A DNA stretch of 64,000 nucleotides from Macrostomum lignano (GCA_002269645.1 NIVC01000874.1:248001-312000); one strand, 5' to 3'; shown: positions 25,348-38,216, counted from the stretch's first letter. Translations and numbers: made by a program. Notes: generated by a model from the letters alone, not told the origin.

Positions 25348-25710
25348 TCAGTAGGTTTTAATGAAGGGAACTCCCCTCTTATAGCCAATTCGGATGTTTT
25401 TCTCACCATTTTCTTGACGAGTCTTAAGCTCTTTAACAATCTTCTGCTTAAATGCCCGTTCCTTTTCTGTTAAGTCGTTCTCGATCCGAATACGGGAGTA
25501 GGCAGAGCCAGTTTCGCGCAGGTTTCTCAGATTACCGAAGAAGGCCGCTTTGTCGCTATCGTTGACCAGCCGAACAACGAGGGGCCTTGGTCGATTGCTG
25601 AGAGGTTGTTCGCGACCGATCCGCCTGGTGGCGACAATTGGGACAGTTGCGGGGGACACTTTGAGCCCATCCTGCATAAAGTCCTCGAGCTTAGCGTCTT
25701 CTTGGAGTCT
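25348..25710 (-). CDS. LINE ORF1, C-terminal part (element 5'-truncated within ORF1)
   Basis: RIGREQPLSNRPRPLVVRL...SRIRIENDLTEKER is typical of CR1/L2/RTEX-group ORF1; its stop TGA (25350-25348) is in frame with ORF2. Confidence 0.8.
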   Translation of the reverse strand, partial: RLQEDAKLEDFMQDGLKVSPATVPIVATRRIGREQPLSNRPRPLVVRLVNDSDKAAFFGNLRNLRETGSAYSRIRIENDLTEKERAFKQKIVKELKTRQENGEKNIRIGYKRGVPFIKTY

Positions 25711-28700
25711 GCTACTGCTACTGCTAATCTGCTAATTTGATCTGCTACTTTGGTTTTTCAAATTAATGCCTTTCTAAGAAATCAATTTTGAGTCAACTGG
25801 AGAACCTTTTTTGAAGCTAGCCTATTTAATTTATTTGACACGTAACAATTAGGTGTTTAATACTTCCAGTTATTGCAGAAACGATAAAATATCGACATCT
25901 TAAATTTAAAATTTGTTTAAAAATATACATAAGCGTAAGTTCTTATTGTTCTTAAACTGCATTTTCTAATTAGTGAATTTAAGTCACTAACTAACTCACT
26001 AACTAAGACAAAATAAATATTTCTGTTGTCTATCTATAGAAAATTTGAAGGTAGACCTATTTGATATCATATAAGTAGAATATTATAGTGCAATAATTTC
26101 TGACTTCTACTTTCTAGACTTGCCTAGATTTGGCCTAGTATAGTTTGTGTCTAATTTAATCATGGCAAAAGATTAGTTAACTTGTATTGGCTTTCTTGAT
26201 TAGACTTTTATTTGCTATCTTGTCAATTTGTCTGCTGCCAATTCATCTGCTATCATTTTGTCTGTGAAATAGCTCGATGAGCATTTTGTCTGCTGTGCTG
26301 CATGCCTGCATTTTCTTTCATCTGATCTTAATTTACAGTTAGGCCTATAAGAGTAAGACAGCTTAACAACTTTTTCTAATTGCATTGGCAATTAGGGTTT
26401 ATGATTTAATATTTTAATTGTTTTAATGTTTTTATTTATTTGTTTTAATGTTTTAAGATGTTTTAATTGCCAATTGGTACAGTGCCATACCTTTGCTTTT
26501 CTTTTGGGGTTATTACCCTAGCATTACAGATGAAATGGGCCATTGTCTAGATTTTACTGAGTGCAATTGCAACAATAAATTACCTTTTCTGTTGTCAAAA
26601 GATACCCATGCCAATAAAAGAAGATATATCAAAAAATGGTTCTTAGCCTAGTGGCCACCCATAGGCCCTATGTACCTATACTCTCAAATATATTGCACAA
26701 TACCCTGGAAAAAATGACCCCCTATGCCATAGATTCAAGTTTATGGCAGTAAAAAATAAAGCACATTATATATATACCAAAACAATATTGCAATGTTATG
26801 CCAAATTTAAACTTAAATTAGGTCTATTTTTTAATTTTTTAAGGGAATAAATCATAATTGTTATGTAATGTTTCTTGTTTTTTATTTTGTTTTATCATTT
26901 TTTATTAAAAGTTTTTTTTTATATTATTATATTATTATATTATTAATAATATTATATTATTTATATTTATATTTATTTATATATTATAATATAATATAAT
27001 TATTATAATTCACACATTTGAATTATGAAAATTTTAGTATTTTTAAAAAATATAAAAAAAAATTTTGTAGTGTTAAGTCATGAGTATATAGTTAAACTAT
27101 TATTTTTTAAATACATTATAAATTCATTAAAGATAACAGCTTTACCAAAAAAGCTTCATAAAATTGTTTTCTATGTAAATTTTTATATTGATGCTATACT
27201 AGAGTAAGCTAGGGACTAGGAGATTGAAGATTAGCCTTTAGTCTAGAAGTGCATTTTTCCTAGTATACCTGGTATACAAATGAAAATAAATCTTATACCT
27301 TGCAATTAAGCTTTAGTCTTGGATATAATTTTTTTTCCTTAGTACTAGTGAAAAACCTAGGTGGCACAGTATATGCCAGAATAATTTTTGTTATTTGTGT
27401 GATATTTCTATGCATTGTTTCCATACCTTAACTTATAGAAACTATATAAAATGTATATAGAAATAAATAAAAATGCAAGTTAGCTAGATAAATTATTGTT
27501 TTAAAACATTCTATAAAAGGTTATATATGGGGCCTACCCTATGCATTAAACCACTAGGGACCCCTTATATATACAAGAATTTTCAATAGAAAAGAATACT
27601 TTTTTGAATACAGCTCAAAGTTGCAATCTATTAAGTTAAGATAAATATAGTCTAGCTAGTTAAAAAAGCCCATGAAAATACATGGCTTTCTCATTTTGCT
27701 ATTGAGACACAGTATTTATCAATTAATACCCATTAGGTCTAGACTAAACTATTCACAAATTTATATAAGGGTGTCATTAAACCATAAATAAATAATGATC
27801 ATGATAAAAAACTATTGCCATTGGATTTAATGTCATTCAAAGTTATAGGAAATTAATTAGTTATTGATATACAAATAAATATGGATAGGCTATTAGAAAA
27901 AAACATACTTATGGGATGGGTAGCATAGCTTAAAAACAATTTCTTTAGATCCCATTGTATTTTTTATATAGTCTTTCTAAATTTCATTCTTTATTATTCA
28001 GCTAAATGTATTTAATCAAATTATACCAATCATTAATCAGTAGTCCTTTATAATATTAGTTCTTAGCTAATAAAATAGGCCTTTTAAATTTGATTAACAA
28101 CTTAGCCCTATTCTTCCATTTCCAAGCAATTCTTTTGGCTAAAAACTTGCAAGTAAACAACTTTGATTGACCTTTAAGAGCTAAGATCCAGATTTTCCCA
28201 TTTGATTTTTTAATCTTAGGGAGGACAAAACGCAAGATCCAAATTTTAATACATGTATCTATTACATGCAGAAAAAGCCTAGTTGTTAATATAGTCTTCC
28301 CAGTGTCCCTATTTAATAAAGTTTTACATCATAGAAAAATAGAAAATAAAATTTTATTCCTCTATCTAATAGTAATAGCATATTAGGTTTAACTCTCCTT
28401 TGTCATTTGACCTCTCTCCTCACTGCTCTCTCATTGGCTAAGCTAGATTAGGCCTGCCCCCTAGGCTGAGTTTTGTCTCTGGCATTAACTTGTGTACATT
28501 GAGTTGAATTATTGCTGTTCATTCTTAACCCCATAGGCCATATGCTCTTGAGGCTGCGAATTCTTAAAAAGAAAAGTACAAGTAAATTTTAGCTGCCACA
28601 TTAAATTAAGGTGACACAGTGCAGACAAACTACTGAAAAAGAATAGTTGTTTTAATTTGTCACAATATTAATTGCAAGTGACATCTTGTTCTGGTATCTG

Positions 28701-28832
28701 TGGTCAGCTGCACTGTCTCGCCAATTATTTTGAATGGCATCTGTTTAAATTCTCGACTGCCTACTAACAGTAGGCAAATAAATTATTCTTTAATTTAGTC
28801 ATTGTCTATTGCAAACCCCGCAGCAGCCGCCA

Positions 28833-30821
28833 ATGCTGGCAAACGACGCAGTGGAGGAAGGCGAAATTGTCGACTCCGACGTCGACGACGGGCTGCCGCC
28901 ACCGCCGCCGCCCCAGCCGCAGAAGCAGACGGTGGCGGCCGCCCAAAAGTCAAACAGCGGCGCGAGCTACCCGCAGCCGCCGAAGATGACACCAGAGTTT
29001 GTCGACAGCGCGGCTGCTGCGGCGGCTGCGGCAGCGGCGGCGGCTGCATCGGTACCAGACGAGTACCGCTGCGCCTGTTGCCAGGAGCCGATCCGCTGGC
29101 CAATCCGCCTGCCGTGCGGTGACGTCATCGACCGGGACTGCGCCGAGGCGCGCGCCTTCTACTGCAGCGACGAGGAGCCGGACTCAGACGGTGAGCCGGG
29201 CGGGCGCAAGAAGACCTCGGCGATGGTGGAGTGCCCCGTGTGCCAGCGGCGCCACCCGTGCAACACCGTGGACGACTTCGACACGGACGACGAGCTGCTG
29301 GAGCGGATGCCAGACCCGCCGGGCCTGGCCGAGGCGGACGACAAGGCCGTCAAGAAGCTGCGCAAGCGCCGCAATCGGCTCAAGCGGGAGCGGCGCCGTC
29401 GGCAGCGGCGGGCCCAGCAGCAGCAGGCGGCTGAGGAGGCCGAGGAAGCCCAACCGTCTGATGGCCCGTTGCCTAGCAACGGCATCGGCATCGACGCCGC
29501 GCTGCACCAGCTGCGCCAGCACTCGCAGCAGGCCGCCGCCTCGCCAACAGCTGAGGAGCTGCAGCAGCAGCAGGCCATGCTGCAGGAGGCGGAGGCGCAG
29601 CGGAACTACAGCAAGGCCAACATCCCGGCCGTTATGGAGGGCCTCATGGCCTCGCTAGAGCGAATCCAGCGCGCGCCTGGCGCCAATCACTCTCTGGCGC
29701 TGGCCGCCATGCAGGAGACGCTGAGCCGCCTGCTGGCCATGACGCTGCCGCCCGAGACCCGCCTGCAGTTGGAGTCCATGGCCCACATGGTCGGCCAGCT
29801 GTTGCGGGAGCAGCAGTCGCGTCCGCGCAAAACTCTGCTGCCCAACCCGCCCACCCTGGCCGCGCACGCTGGCGCCAAGTCGCTCGGCCTTCTCGGTCCT
29901 GGCGCCGGCATGGCGGCCGTCTCCTCGCCTCACGTTGCCGCTGAGCTCTCGCCTGCCTGCGCCGCTGCCACCGTCGCTGCCGCACCGCCGACCTCCGCCG
30001 TATCATCGGGCCTTGGCCTCTTATCGGCGCCGTCCAGCTTGGCGCCACAGCAGCCCGCGGTCCCAGAAGCCGCCGCCCAGCCCAGCGACCCGGCCGCGGT
30101 GTACCAGTTGGCCTGCCAGCTCTACGCCAAGGCCGCCGCTGGAGCCGCCACGCCGGCTGAGCTGGCCCAGCTGAGCGGCCTGTACACCCAGCTGTATCAG
30201 GTGCAGCAGACCCCCGCTGCGGCCCAGTACCAGTACGCTGCCGCCGCCGCTGCTGCCTCCGCCGCTGCCGCAGCTGCCGTCTCGGCGAATTCTGCCACCA
30301 CGGCCACCACCGCCGCCGCGGCCAAGACGCAGCCGTTCGTCTTTCCCACTCTCGGCGTCAACGTGCCGACCTCGCAGCAGCAGCCGCCACCGCCGCCGCC
30401 GCCTCCCGAGTCTCCGCCGCCGCCGCCTCCTCCGCCGCCTCCGCCCGAGGCCGGCGAGACTGCAGCAAAGCGGCCGCCGCCGCCCTCCGACGACCCGGGC
30501 GATGGCGCCGACGTGAAGCGGATTCGAACTCAGGCCGCCGACTCAACTGAAGCAGCGGCGGCTGCGGGGTCAGAAGGCGGCCAGGCGGAGACGTGGCACC
30601 TGTGGATCGCCGGCCTACCGCCGGGCACGAAGGCCACGGACGCAAAGGAGCTGTGCTCAGCCTATGGCCGGGTTGTCAACGTCAAGATCGTTGGCAGCAA
30701 GAAGTCGGAGGTGCCGGCCATCTTTGCATTCGTCACAATGGACTCGGCGGCCAACGCGGCGAAAGCCCTGCAGGCCCTGGACACGTCCCGGTACCGGAGC
30801 GCCGAGCTGCGGGTTCGACTG
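28833..30821 (+). CDS. Large exon encoding RING-like finger, basic/Gln/Ala/Pro low-complexity region and a SAFB/SLTM-like RRM
   Basis: CACC..PIRLPCGDVIDRDC...VECPVC; RRM WHLWIAGLPPGTKATDAKELCSAYGRVVNVKIV...FAFVTMDS; acceptor-like cccgcag just before the ATG at 28833; donor CTG|GTGAGT at 30822. Confidence 0.85.
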
Positions 30822-32084
30822 GTGAGTTGGGCTCGGATTCTTTAAGTGAGACATGATGAAGCTGGGTGGTGGGATGATGAAGTTGGTTTTGGGGGTTGAT
30901 AAAGTTGGTGGGGTGATGAAGCTGGGTGGGAATAATAAGGCTGGGTGAGGTGAGGGATTGAGAGAGAGCCAATTTTGAATTCCCAGCAGTTTCCAGGTAT
31001 TCATGGTTCTCTATTTTTTGTTTGCGCTTCTTTACCCCCGCCCCTCATTTTAGTATAAATAGAAGTGAATCTAGCGCCCAAAGAGGCAACCTTCTCTTTT
31101 GGTTCGAACAATGGTTTTTTACCCCCAATTAGTACCCCATGGGATATTAGCCAACTGATTTGGGGTACTGTTTTGCCCATTGATACCCCAGAATGGGTAT
31201 TAAGCTTTTCTTTTCTGAAATTAGCATTTGATTAAATGCTAATCAGTGAATCGGGATCCTGCCTAGGCTGGGCATGGGGCTTTCTACATCCACTCATGGG
31301 GTTGAGCCAGACTACTCGTAAAGGGGAGGAGTCGCTTTCACAAGACGGGAATAGACCGAACTTCACACCATAGAAAACTTGATTTAGCAAGGACCATGCC
31401 GAATTTTTAACTTTGTGAAATTCCCGTCTCATGAAGTTTTGGTCTTGTGAAGCCCCACCAGAGAGAGGGTTGGAATTGTGAAGCTCCCAAACTTTATGGA
31501 CGCTTTCATAAAACCTAAATTTCATATCGCCTAAATTTGACACCTAAAACTGAATGGGAAGGAGCGTGCAAATATTTTGGGCGTTGTGACATTTAGGCGG
31601 TATGAAATTTAGGCGAAGTGAAGTCATGTGCTTTAAGGCGGTGGCCAGATTCACATTTTTTTACAAGAATTCAACTATTTGGAATGCCATGGGGTATTAC
31701 TCCTCCAAAATGGGGTACTACTCAGAGACTTGATACCCCAATTCGGGTACCAATCAACAGCGAAAAAATAGCCGAAGTAGCCCGTTTCGAAAAAGAAACT
31801 GAATAAGCGGAATTTGCTGGTCATTCCTTATTTGCTAGAAACTAAGAGCGAATGCTCATTGGACAGGTAGAATCACCTAGTGAACAAGACGAATAGTCTA
31901 AGCCAATAGCGAAAAGCAAAAAGAAGAGGCGTTATTTGCCAAGACAAAGGGAGATATAACCCAATTAAACTTCTCGAACTGAGCCCACCAATGAAGAGTC
32001 GTAATTAGACACAAGCCAACCCGAACAAGGAAAGAGAAATCCACCGGGCAACCTGGATCCATTGGGGATGCCACTATAAGACAT

Positions 32085-32360
32085 CCATATTTATCCTACT
32101 GTCAGTAGCCAGTATGTGCATTTATCCTACTGCCAGTAGCCAGTATGCGCATTTATCCTACTGTCAGTAGCCAGTATGCGCATTTATCCTACTGTCAGTA
32201 GCCAGTATGTACATTTATCCTACTGCCAGTAGCCAGTATGCGCATTTATCCTACTGTCAGTAGCCAGTATGCGCATTTATCCTACTGTCAGTAGCCAGTA
32301 TGCGCATTTATCCTACTGCCAGTAGCCAGTATGCGCATTTATCCTACTGCCAGTAGCCAG
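32085..32360. repeat. 31-bp minisatellite with internal hairpin CTACTG(T/C)CAGTAG
   Basis: About 9 copies of catttatcctactg(t/c)cagtagccagtatg(c/t)g. Confidence 0.93.
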
Positions 32361-32396
32361 TTCTGCAGCCGCCCCACCCGTTGCCCAACTCCGCAG

Positions 32397-32438
32397 ATGG
32401 ACTCGAACCCTCTGGCCAAGTCGGCAGCGGCCGTCTGA
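32397..32438 (+). CDS. Candidate terminal exon of the RING-RRM gene (MDSNPLAKSAAAV*)
   Basis: Acceptor caactccgcag, phase 0 and compatible with the donor at 30822; no homology support. Confidence 0.35.
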   Translation: MDSNPLAKSAAAV

Positions 32439-32927
32439 GCAGCCATTCAGTCACTGAACTCGCGAATCATTCTTTGCTGGCAACGTCAGGATGCTGATTA
32501 AAACAAAGCATAGCTTTTTCCGGCTTTAATTAACCCAAGGAATGCCGAGCTCTCAGTGCCCTGACGCAAGCATTTACCCTGCCAGCTGCATCTGCAATTC
32601 CTTACTGTACCGCAGCTCAGCCACAGTGCATGCAGTACTTTATGCTGAGATCTGCACTGTTCTCCAGTTATGTAAATTGCCGTTAAATTGTGTTAAGTCT
32701 CCCCTGCCCAGTTTCTGCTGGGCGGTGGGGATGCTGCTAGCTATTTTTTACTGTCTGACACGAGAGCAAGTGTACTAATTACTATATAATATAAGCAATT
32801 GCTGGTGTAGTTAACTGGCACTTCGCTGTCGCTGCTACATTCTAGTGTCATTTTCGTCTGTGGACTTTAATTAATTTTATCTACCTGAGTTGTCTGGGTT
32901 GCTTCTTTGTTTGAATTGTTCAGCACT

Positions 32928-34270
32928 GAGTCTTGTCTACCTGAGCACTTACACTGGTGTCTTGTCTACCTGAGCACTTACACTGGTGTCTTGTCTACCT
33001 GAGCACTTACACTGGTGTCTTGTCTACCTGAGCACTTACACTGGTCTCTTGTCTACCTGAGCACTTACACTGGTGTCTTGTCTACCTGAGCACTTACACT
33101 GGTGTCTTGTCTACCTGAGCACTTACACTGGTCTCTTGTCTACCTGAGCACTTACACTGGTCTCTTGTCTACCTGAGCACTTACACTGGTGTCTTGTCTA
33201 CCTGAGCACTTACACTGGTCTCTTGTCTACCTGAGCACTTACACTGGTGTCTTGTCTACCTGAGCACTTACACTGGTGTCTTGTCTACCTGAGCACTTAC
33301 ACTGGTGTCTTGTCTACCTGAGCACTTACACTGGTGTCTTGTCTACCTGAGCACTTACACTGGTGTCTTGTCTACCTGAGCACTTACACTGGTGTCTTGT
33401 CTACCTGAGCACTTACACTGGTGTCTTGTCTACCTGAGCACTTACACTGGTGTCTTGTCTACCTGAGCACTTACACTGGTCTCTTGTCTACCTGAGCACT
33501 TACACTGGTGTCTTGTCTACCTGAGCACTTACACTGGTGTCTTGTCTACCTGAGCACTTACACTGGTGTCTTGTCTACCTGAGCACTTACACTGGTGTCT
33601 TGTCTACCTGAGCACTTACACTGGTCTCTTGTCTACCTGAGCACTGGGGTCTTGTCTACCTGAGCACTTACACTGGTGTCTTGTCTACCTGAGCACTTAC
33701 ACTGGTGTCTTGTCTACCTGAGCACTGGTCTCTTGTCTACCTGAGCACTTACACTGGTGTCTTGTCTACCTGAGCACTTACACTGGTGCCTTGTCTACCT
33801 GAGCACTGGGGTCTTGTCTACCTGAGCACTTACACTGGTGTCTTGTCTACCTGAGCACTTACACTGGTCTCTTGTCTACCTGAGCACTTACACTGGTCTC
33901 TTGTCTAACTGAGCACTTACACTGGTGTCTTGTCTACCTGAGCACTGGGGTCTTGTCTACCCGAGCACTTACACTGGGGTCTTGTCTACCTGAGCACTGG
34001 TGTCTTGTCTACCTGAGCACTGGTGTCTTGTCTACCTGAGCACTTACACTGGTCTCTTATCTACCTGAGCACTTACACTGGTCTCTTGTCTACCTGAGCA
34101 CTTACACTGGTGTCTTGTCTACCTGAGCACTTACACTGGTGTCTTGTCTACCTGAGCACTTACACTGGTGTCTTGTCTACCTGAGCACTTACACTGGTGT
34201 CTTGTCTACCTGAGCACTTACACTGGTGTCTTGTCTACCTGAGCACTTACACTGGTGTCTTGTCTACCTA
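32928..34270. repeat. 29-bp minisatellite (TCTTGTCTACCTGAGCACTTACACTGGTG)n, ~46 copies, with shorter variants
   Basis: Direct reading. Confidence 0.96.
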
Positions 34271-35924
34271 AACACTTTACCTTGGGCCATATAAAAAAGT
34301 AGACAAAATATGTTCAGTCAAATCGAGCTGATTGCAATAAAATTGAATCCATGGCGCAAAAATATTCCTATCTTTAGAAGACCAAAACATTAAACTCTGC
34401 AGTCCAAAGAAAACGAAGAAAAAGATCTCAGCCATGGAGAATACACATGAAGCTGTTGTGATTCCCATCATTCCTGATGGTTTTAATGGCGACAAAAGTG
34501 ATGCTTATTGTGCACACATTCAGCACATTGTATAAGAATGGAACATACTAATATGGGATGTGTACATCAAAAAAAAATTCGGTTTAATAGCCCCCCAATA
34601 CTGTACGTTCTGACCTCTCACCCTTGAGATATTACAGAAGCTACAGTCCCAGCAACAGCTAAACCCCCCTACCCCTGGCGCAGCTTGCTGGGTGCCACGG
34701 CCGGCTCAGCAGAGTTGCGTAACAGCTACTGCGTCTCAGCAGCAGGCTGCAGCAGTAAAGTGCATCGTAATCGCACAAAAGTGCACATGCATGCAGACAG
34801 TCTCTCGCTAGAAGTCAGTAGCGCGTGTTCGCCTCGATTAAGCAGGGTAGCAACTTGCCGTGGCATGCTGAGCGCGAGTCTGTTGATGCGGTCCTGTGGC
34901 AGCTGCTGCCAAGTCGGCCAGAGTTGCCATGGCAACTGTGCTGGCGCGTTGCCACTTGACCAGCAGCAAGGACTACTTAAGTACGTTACTTAAATATACG
35001 TTATACTTTACTTTACTTTAAATACTTTACTTTGATATACTTTAAATATACATTACTTTTACTTTAGTCGTCCTTGACCAGCAGCTGCCCGGATCGTCTT
35101 CGGCGCGCGCCCGAAGTGACGCGCAAATCGGCGCAATCGCCTTGCAAGAAGTGCCAGCTTCAGCCATTCCGACAGCTCGCAGCTTCATGCAGCGTCTTAA
35201 AACTGAAAATTCCAGTTGGTTCCTACGAAATGCGATAAGAAGCAATGCAAAAAAACTTCCAATTCCAGGTTATAGCTAGCTTTCACCGGAAGTAGCTCAA
35301 CTCCGAAAATCACAAATCCGAAATATCATAATTCCGAAAACAAAACTAGAAACGCCGAGCGCTAGAACTTTCGGCGAGTCATGATATTTCGGGTTTGTGA
35401 TTTTTCGGTTTTATGATATTTCAGGTTTATAATATTTCGGGATTATATTTCAGGTTTATGATGGGAATTAAGCGCTTTTCGTAATTGCGATAATTGGGGT
35501 TTGTGATGCCCCCAGTGCCTTCCCTGCCTCCGCTCTTCATTGCCGGCCTCCGGCGGAGTTTGACGTCTCTATTGTTCCCGCCGACTAACTGCTTTGCTCT
35601 GGCCCATCGTTGTCGAGAGTCTGATAACTTGGGAAGCCGTGCGTGCCCAGGACTCTGTCTCTCAATTATTCAGGTAGCTGCTCTACAGTTATCCTGCGCA
35701 AACTCAGTACACAGAAGAAAGTTGAATAAAGGCTTATTCACACTGCTATCAAATGGACCATCGAATTACACGGTCAAATGTACAAATCAAATTTAATGTA
35801 AAAGTTGTGGTCCTCACACGACCTTTTTGATGGCAGTGTGAAAAAAAACATTTTTAAGTGGCCCAATCAAAAATCGCAAGTAAAAAAACGCGCGCAAGCC
35901 AGCAAACCGAGAAAAAAGGCCCCC

Positions 35925-36405
35925 ACTGACACCCACCAACCGCCCAAGGCCGCTGCGCAACCCATCCCCCCTCAGACAGATACCACGCGGGACCCCCACT
36001 GACACCCACCCCCGCCCAAGGCCGAGGTGCACCCACCCCCCTCAGACAGACGCACGCGGGACCCCCACTGACACCCACCCCCGTCCAAGGCCGAGGCGCA
36101 CCCACCCCCCTCAGACAGACGCACGCGGGACCCCCACTGACACCCACCACCGTCCAAGGCCGAGGCGCACCTACCCCCTCAGACAGACGCACGCGGGACC
36201 CCCACTGACACCCACCCCCGCCCAAGGCCGAGGCGCACCCACCCCCTCAGACAGACGCACGCGGGACCCCCACTGACACCCACCACCGTCCAAGGCCGAG
36301 GCGCACCCACCCCCTCAGACAGACGCACGCGGGACCCCACTGACACCCACCCCCGCCCAAGGCCGAGGCGCACCCACCCCCCTCAGACAGACGCACGCGG
36401 GACCA
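35925..36405. repeat. ~62-bp C-rich minisatellite, ~8 copies
   Basis: Unit ccccctcagacagacgcacgcgggacccccactgacacccacc(c/a)ccg(c/t)ccaaggccgaggcgcaccca. Confidence 0.92.
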
Positions 36406-36820
36406 ACCCCAAACACAGGCGCGGCGGCAAACACCCTCTGCCCCGATAACAGCGATTGGCTAGCCAATCTACACTTTGAGACTATATTTCCGATTCAATC
36501 AATTATCCAATCAAGCACCGTGATCTCTCGCAACGATCCAGCGTACTTTTCTCTGAAAACTTAAGACGTTTAAATATTACAGGAGAAAAATGTCCCATAA
36601 TTATTCCACCTCTAGTGCCCTGCGCCGACTGATTGCAGATTGCAAACTCCGCTGCAAAAGAGCTGACACTGCGTTGGCTTGAGGCTGCCTTGGACGGACC
36701 TAGTTCCAGCGAATCAGGGAAATGCGATAAAAAGCAACTAAAACTTAACCTTAACTGAAGAGTCCAATGTGGCCCCAAAGCTTAATTTGTTAGTTTTTTA
36801 AATCGTTTCAAGCAAACGCA

Positions 36821-37036
36821 ATGCCCGAACCCCCTGCTACATGTTCGTGTGCAAGACGGTTCTCGAGCAACCGCAGGCCGCTGCTGCAGGTGCAGGTGTT
36901 GCTGCTTTTGTCCGGGATGCTTGTTGCCTACGTCTGTCTGCAGAGCTCAAGCGTCATCTATTCGGGTTTGAGCACGCGATACTCAGCTAGAAGCTTCCCC
37001 GACACGGATGACGACTTCGCCCACTTCGTATACTAA
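36821..37036 (+). pseudogene. Truncated inverted paralog of the glycosyltransferase N-terminus (TM anchor + stem, 71 aa)
   Basis: Hydrophobic segment followed by SFPDTDDDF, versus TFPVFNTDDDF in the minus-strand gene; identical 17-mer ACACGGATGACGACTTC at 37002-37018 (+) and 38052-38068 (-). Confidence 0.6.
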
Positions 37037-38216
37037 CGCTCGTATCCGCGCGCTTGCTTGCCTGCCGAGGGGATTCGGCGGAATGGGCAGCAATGGGTCT
37101 CGTCAGCTGCATGCCCAGGTCCAGGTAGTTCTCCATCAGCTGTCTGGCCAGCGTCAGGTGCTCGCAGACGGTCTCACCTCGGGCCGGTCCGTACTCGAGC
37201 TTCTGTTCGGCCAGGTGGCTCAGTCGGTAGGCGGTGAAGGCCTGGAAGCAGCCGGCCACCTTCACGGGCGGCAGGCCGGGCGGCTGAGCCGTCGTGTTGA
37301 AATCGGAGACGATCGTCGATTCGCGGCTGACCTGGGAGAACAGCCTGGTGCGCTGGAACACCAGGGTGCAGTTGTCGTAGATGACGTCACGAGACCTGGT
37401 GTGGGCGCACAGGGACTGCAGCTCCGGCCTGTCCCGGAAGTAGTACAGGCCCTGCAAGATGGCGTCCAGGTCCCACGGCTTGAAGCTGAGATCGGGATCC
37501 ACAACGATGAGCAGGGAGTCGCGGTCGGGTCTGTAGAGCTGCCGGTAGATGTGGCGCAGGTAGATGTTCCTCAGGGCGGACATCACGATGCCGCGCTCGC
37601 GGTTCTCGACTTGGTTGCGCGGCAGCGACCAGCCCTGGCGGTGGGCGCGGCCGGAGGAGTAGCTGATGTTCATGCGGCACGCGGCGTCGGCGCCCCCGCA
37701 ACCCAGCAGGCGCACACGGGGGTCTCGCCGGCGCCAGTCGGTCAGGAAGCGCCTCGTATCGTCCGCGCTGTCGTTCTCCACGAAGACGAAGGCGGCGCTG
37801 CGGAAGCTGTCGGCGAGGCGCCGCATCTGCTGGGCGGTGCCGGGCAGTCCGCGCATGGCGTTGCGCACCGAGGCGGCAAACACTACGTCGACAGACGAGC
37901 GCAGCCAGGCCGCGGCGGCCCGGGTTCGAATCTTCGGGTCCAGCTCGGCTGGTGAGTCGAGTCGCAGCAGTGGCAGCTTCAGGCTGGAGTTGAACTCGTG
38001 AAGGCAGCGGCCCGACTGCTGACGCTGCAGCACTCGGGCGAAGGAGGCGTTGAAGTCGTCATCCGTGTTGAAGACCGGGAAGGTGATTTGGTAGCTGCTG
38101 AGCTTCGGGGCGTAGGAGCTCAGGCAGAGGAAGACGACAAGCAGGACAAACAGCAGCAGCAATGGCAGCAGGCAGGTGCTTTTTGCCTGTATGTGCCGGA
38201 TTTACTTTAGTCTGCA
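36987..38216 (-). CDS. Type II membrane GT-A-fold glycosyltransferase, CAP59/GT69-like
   Basis: N-terminal TM; motifs VVFAASVRN, FVENDSADDT, SALRN, LLIVVDPDL (DxD), VAGCFQAFTAY, CEH. No intron evident in the catalytic region. No in-frame ATG: needs an upstream exon (acceptor catacag) or loss of one A in an A5 run to join ATG at ~38216. Confidence 0.75.

Noticed and set aside
28795-30856. Overlapping alternative-frame and antisense ORFs over the GC-rich exon (likewise over the GT, caspase and LamG exons)
   Set aside because: Shadow ORFs expected in GC-rich coding sequence; no motifs
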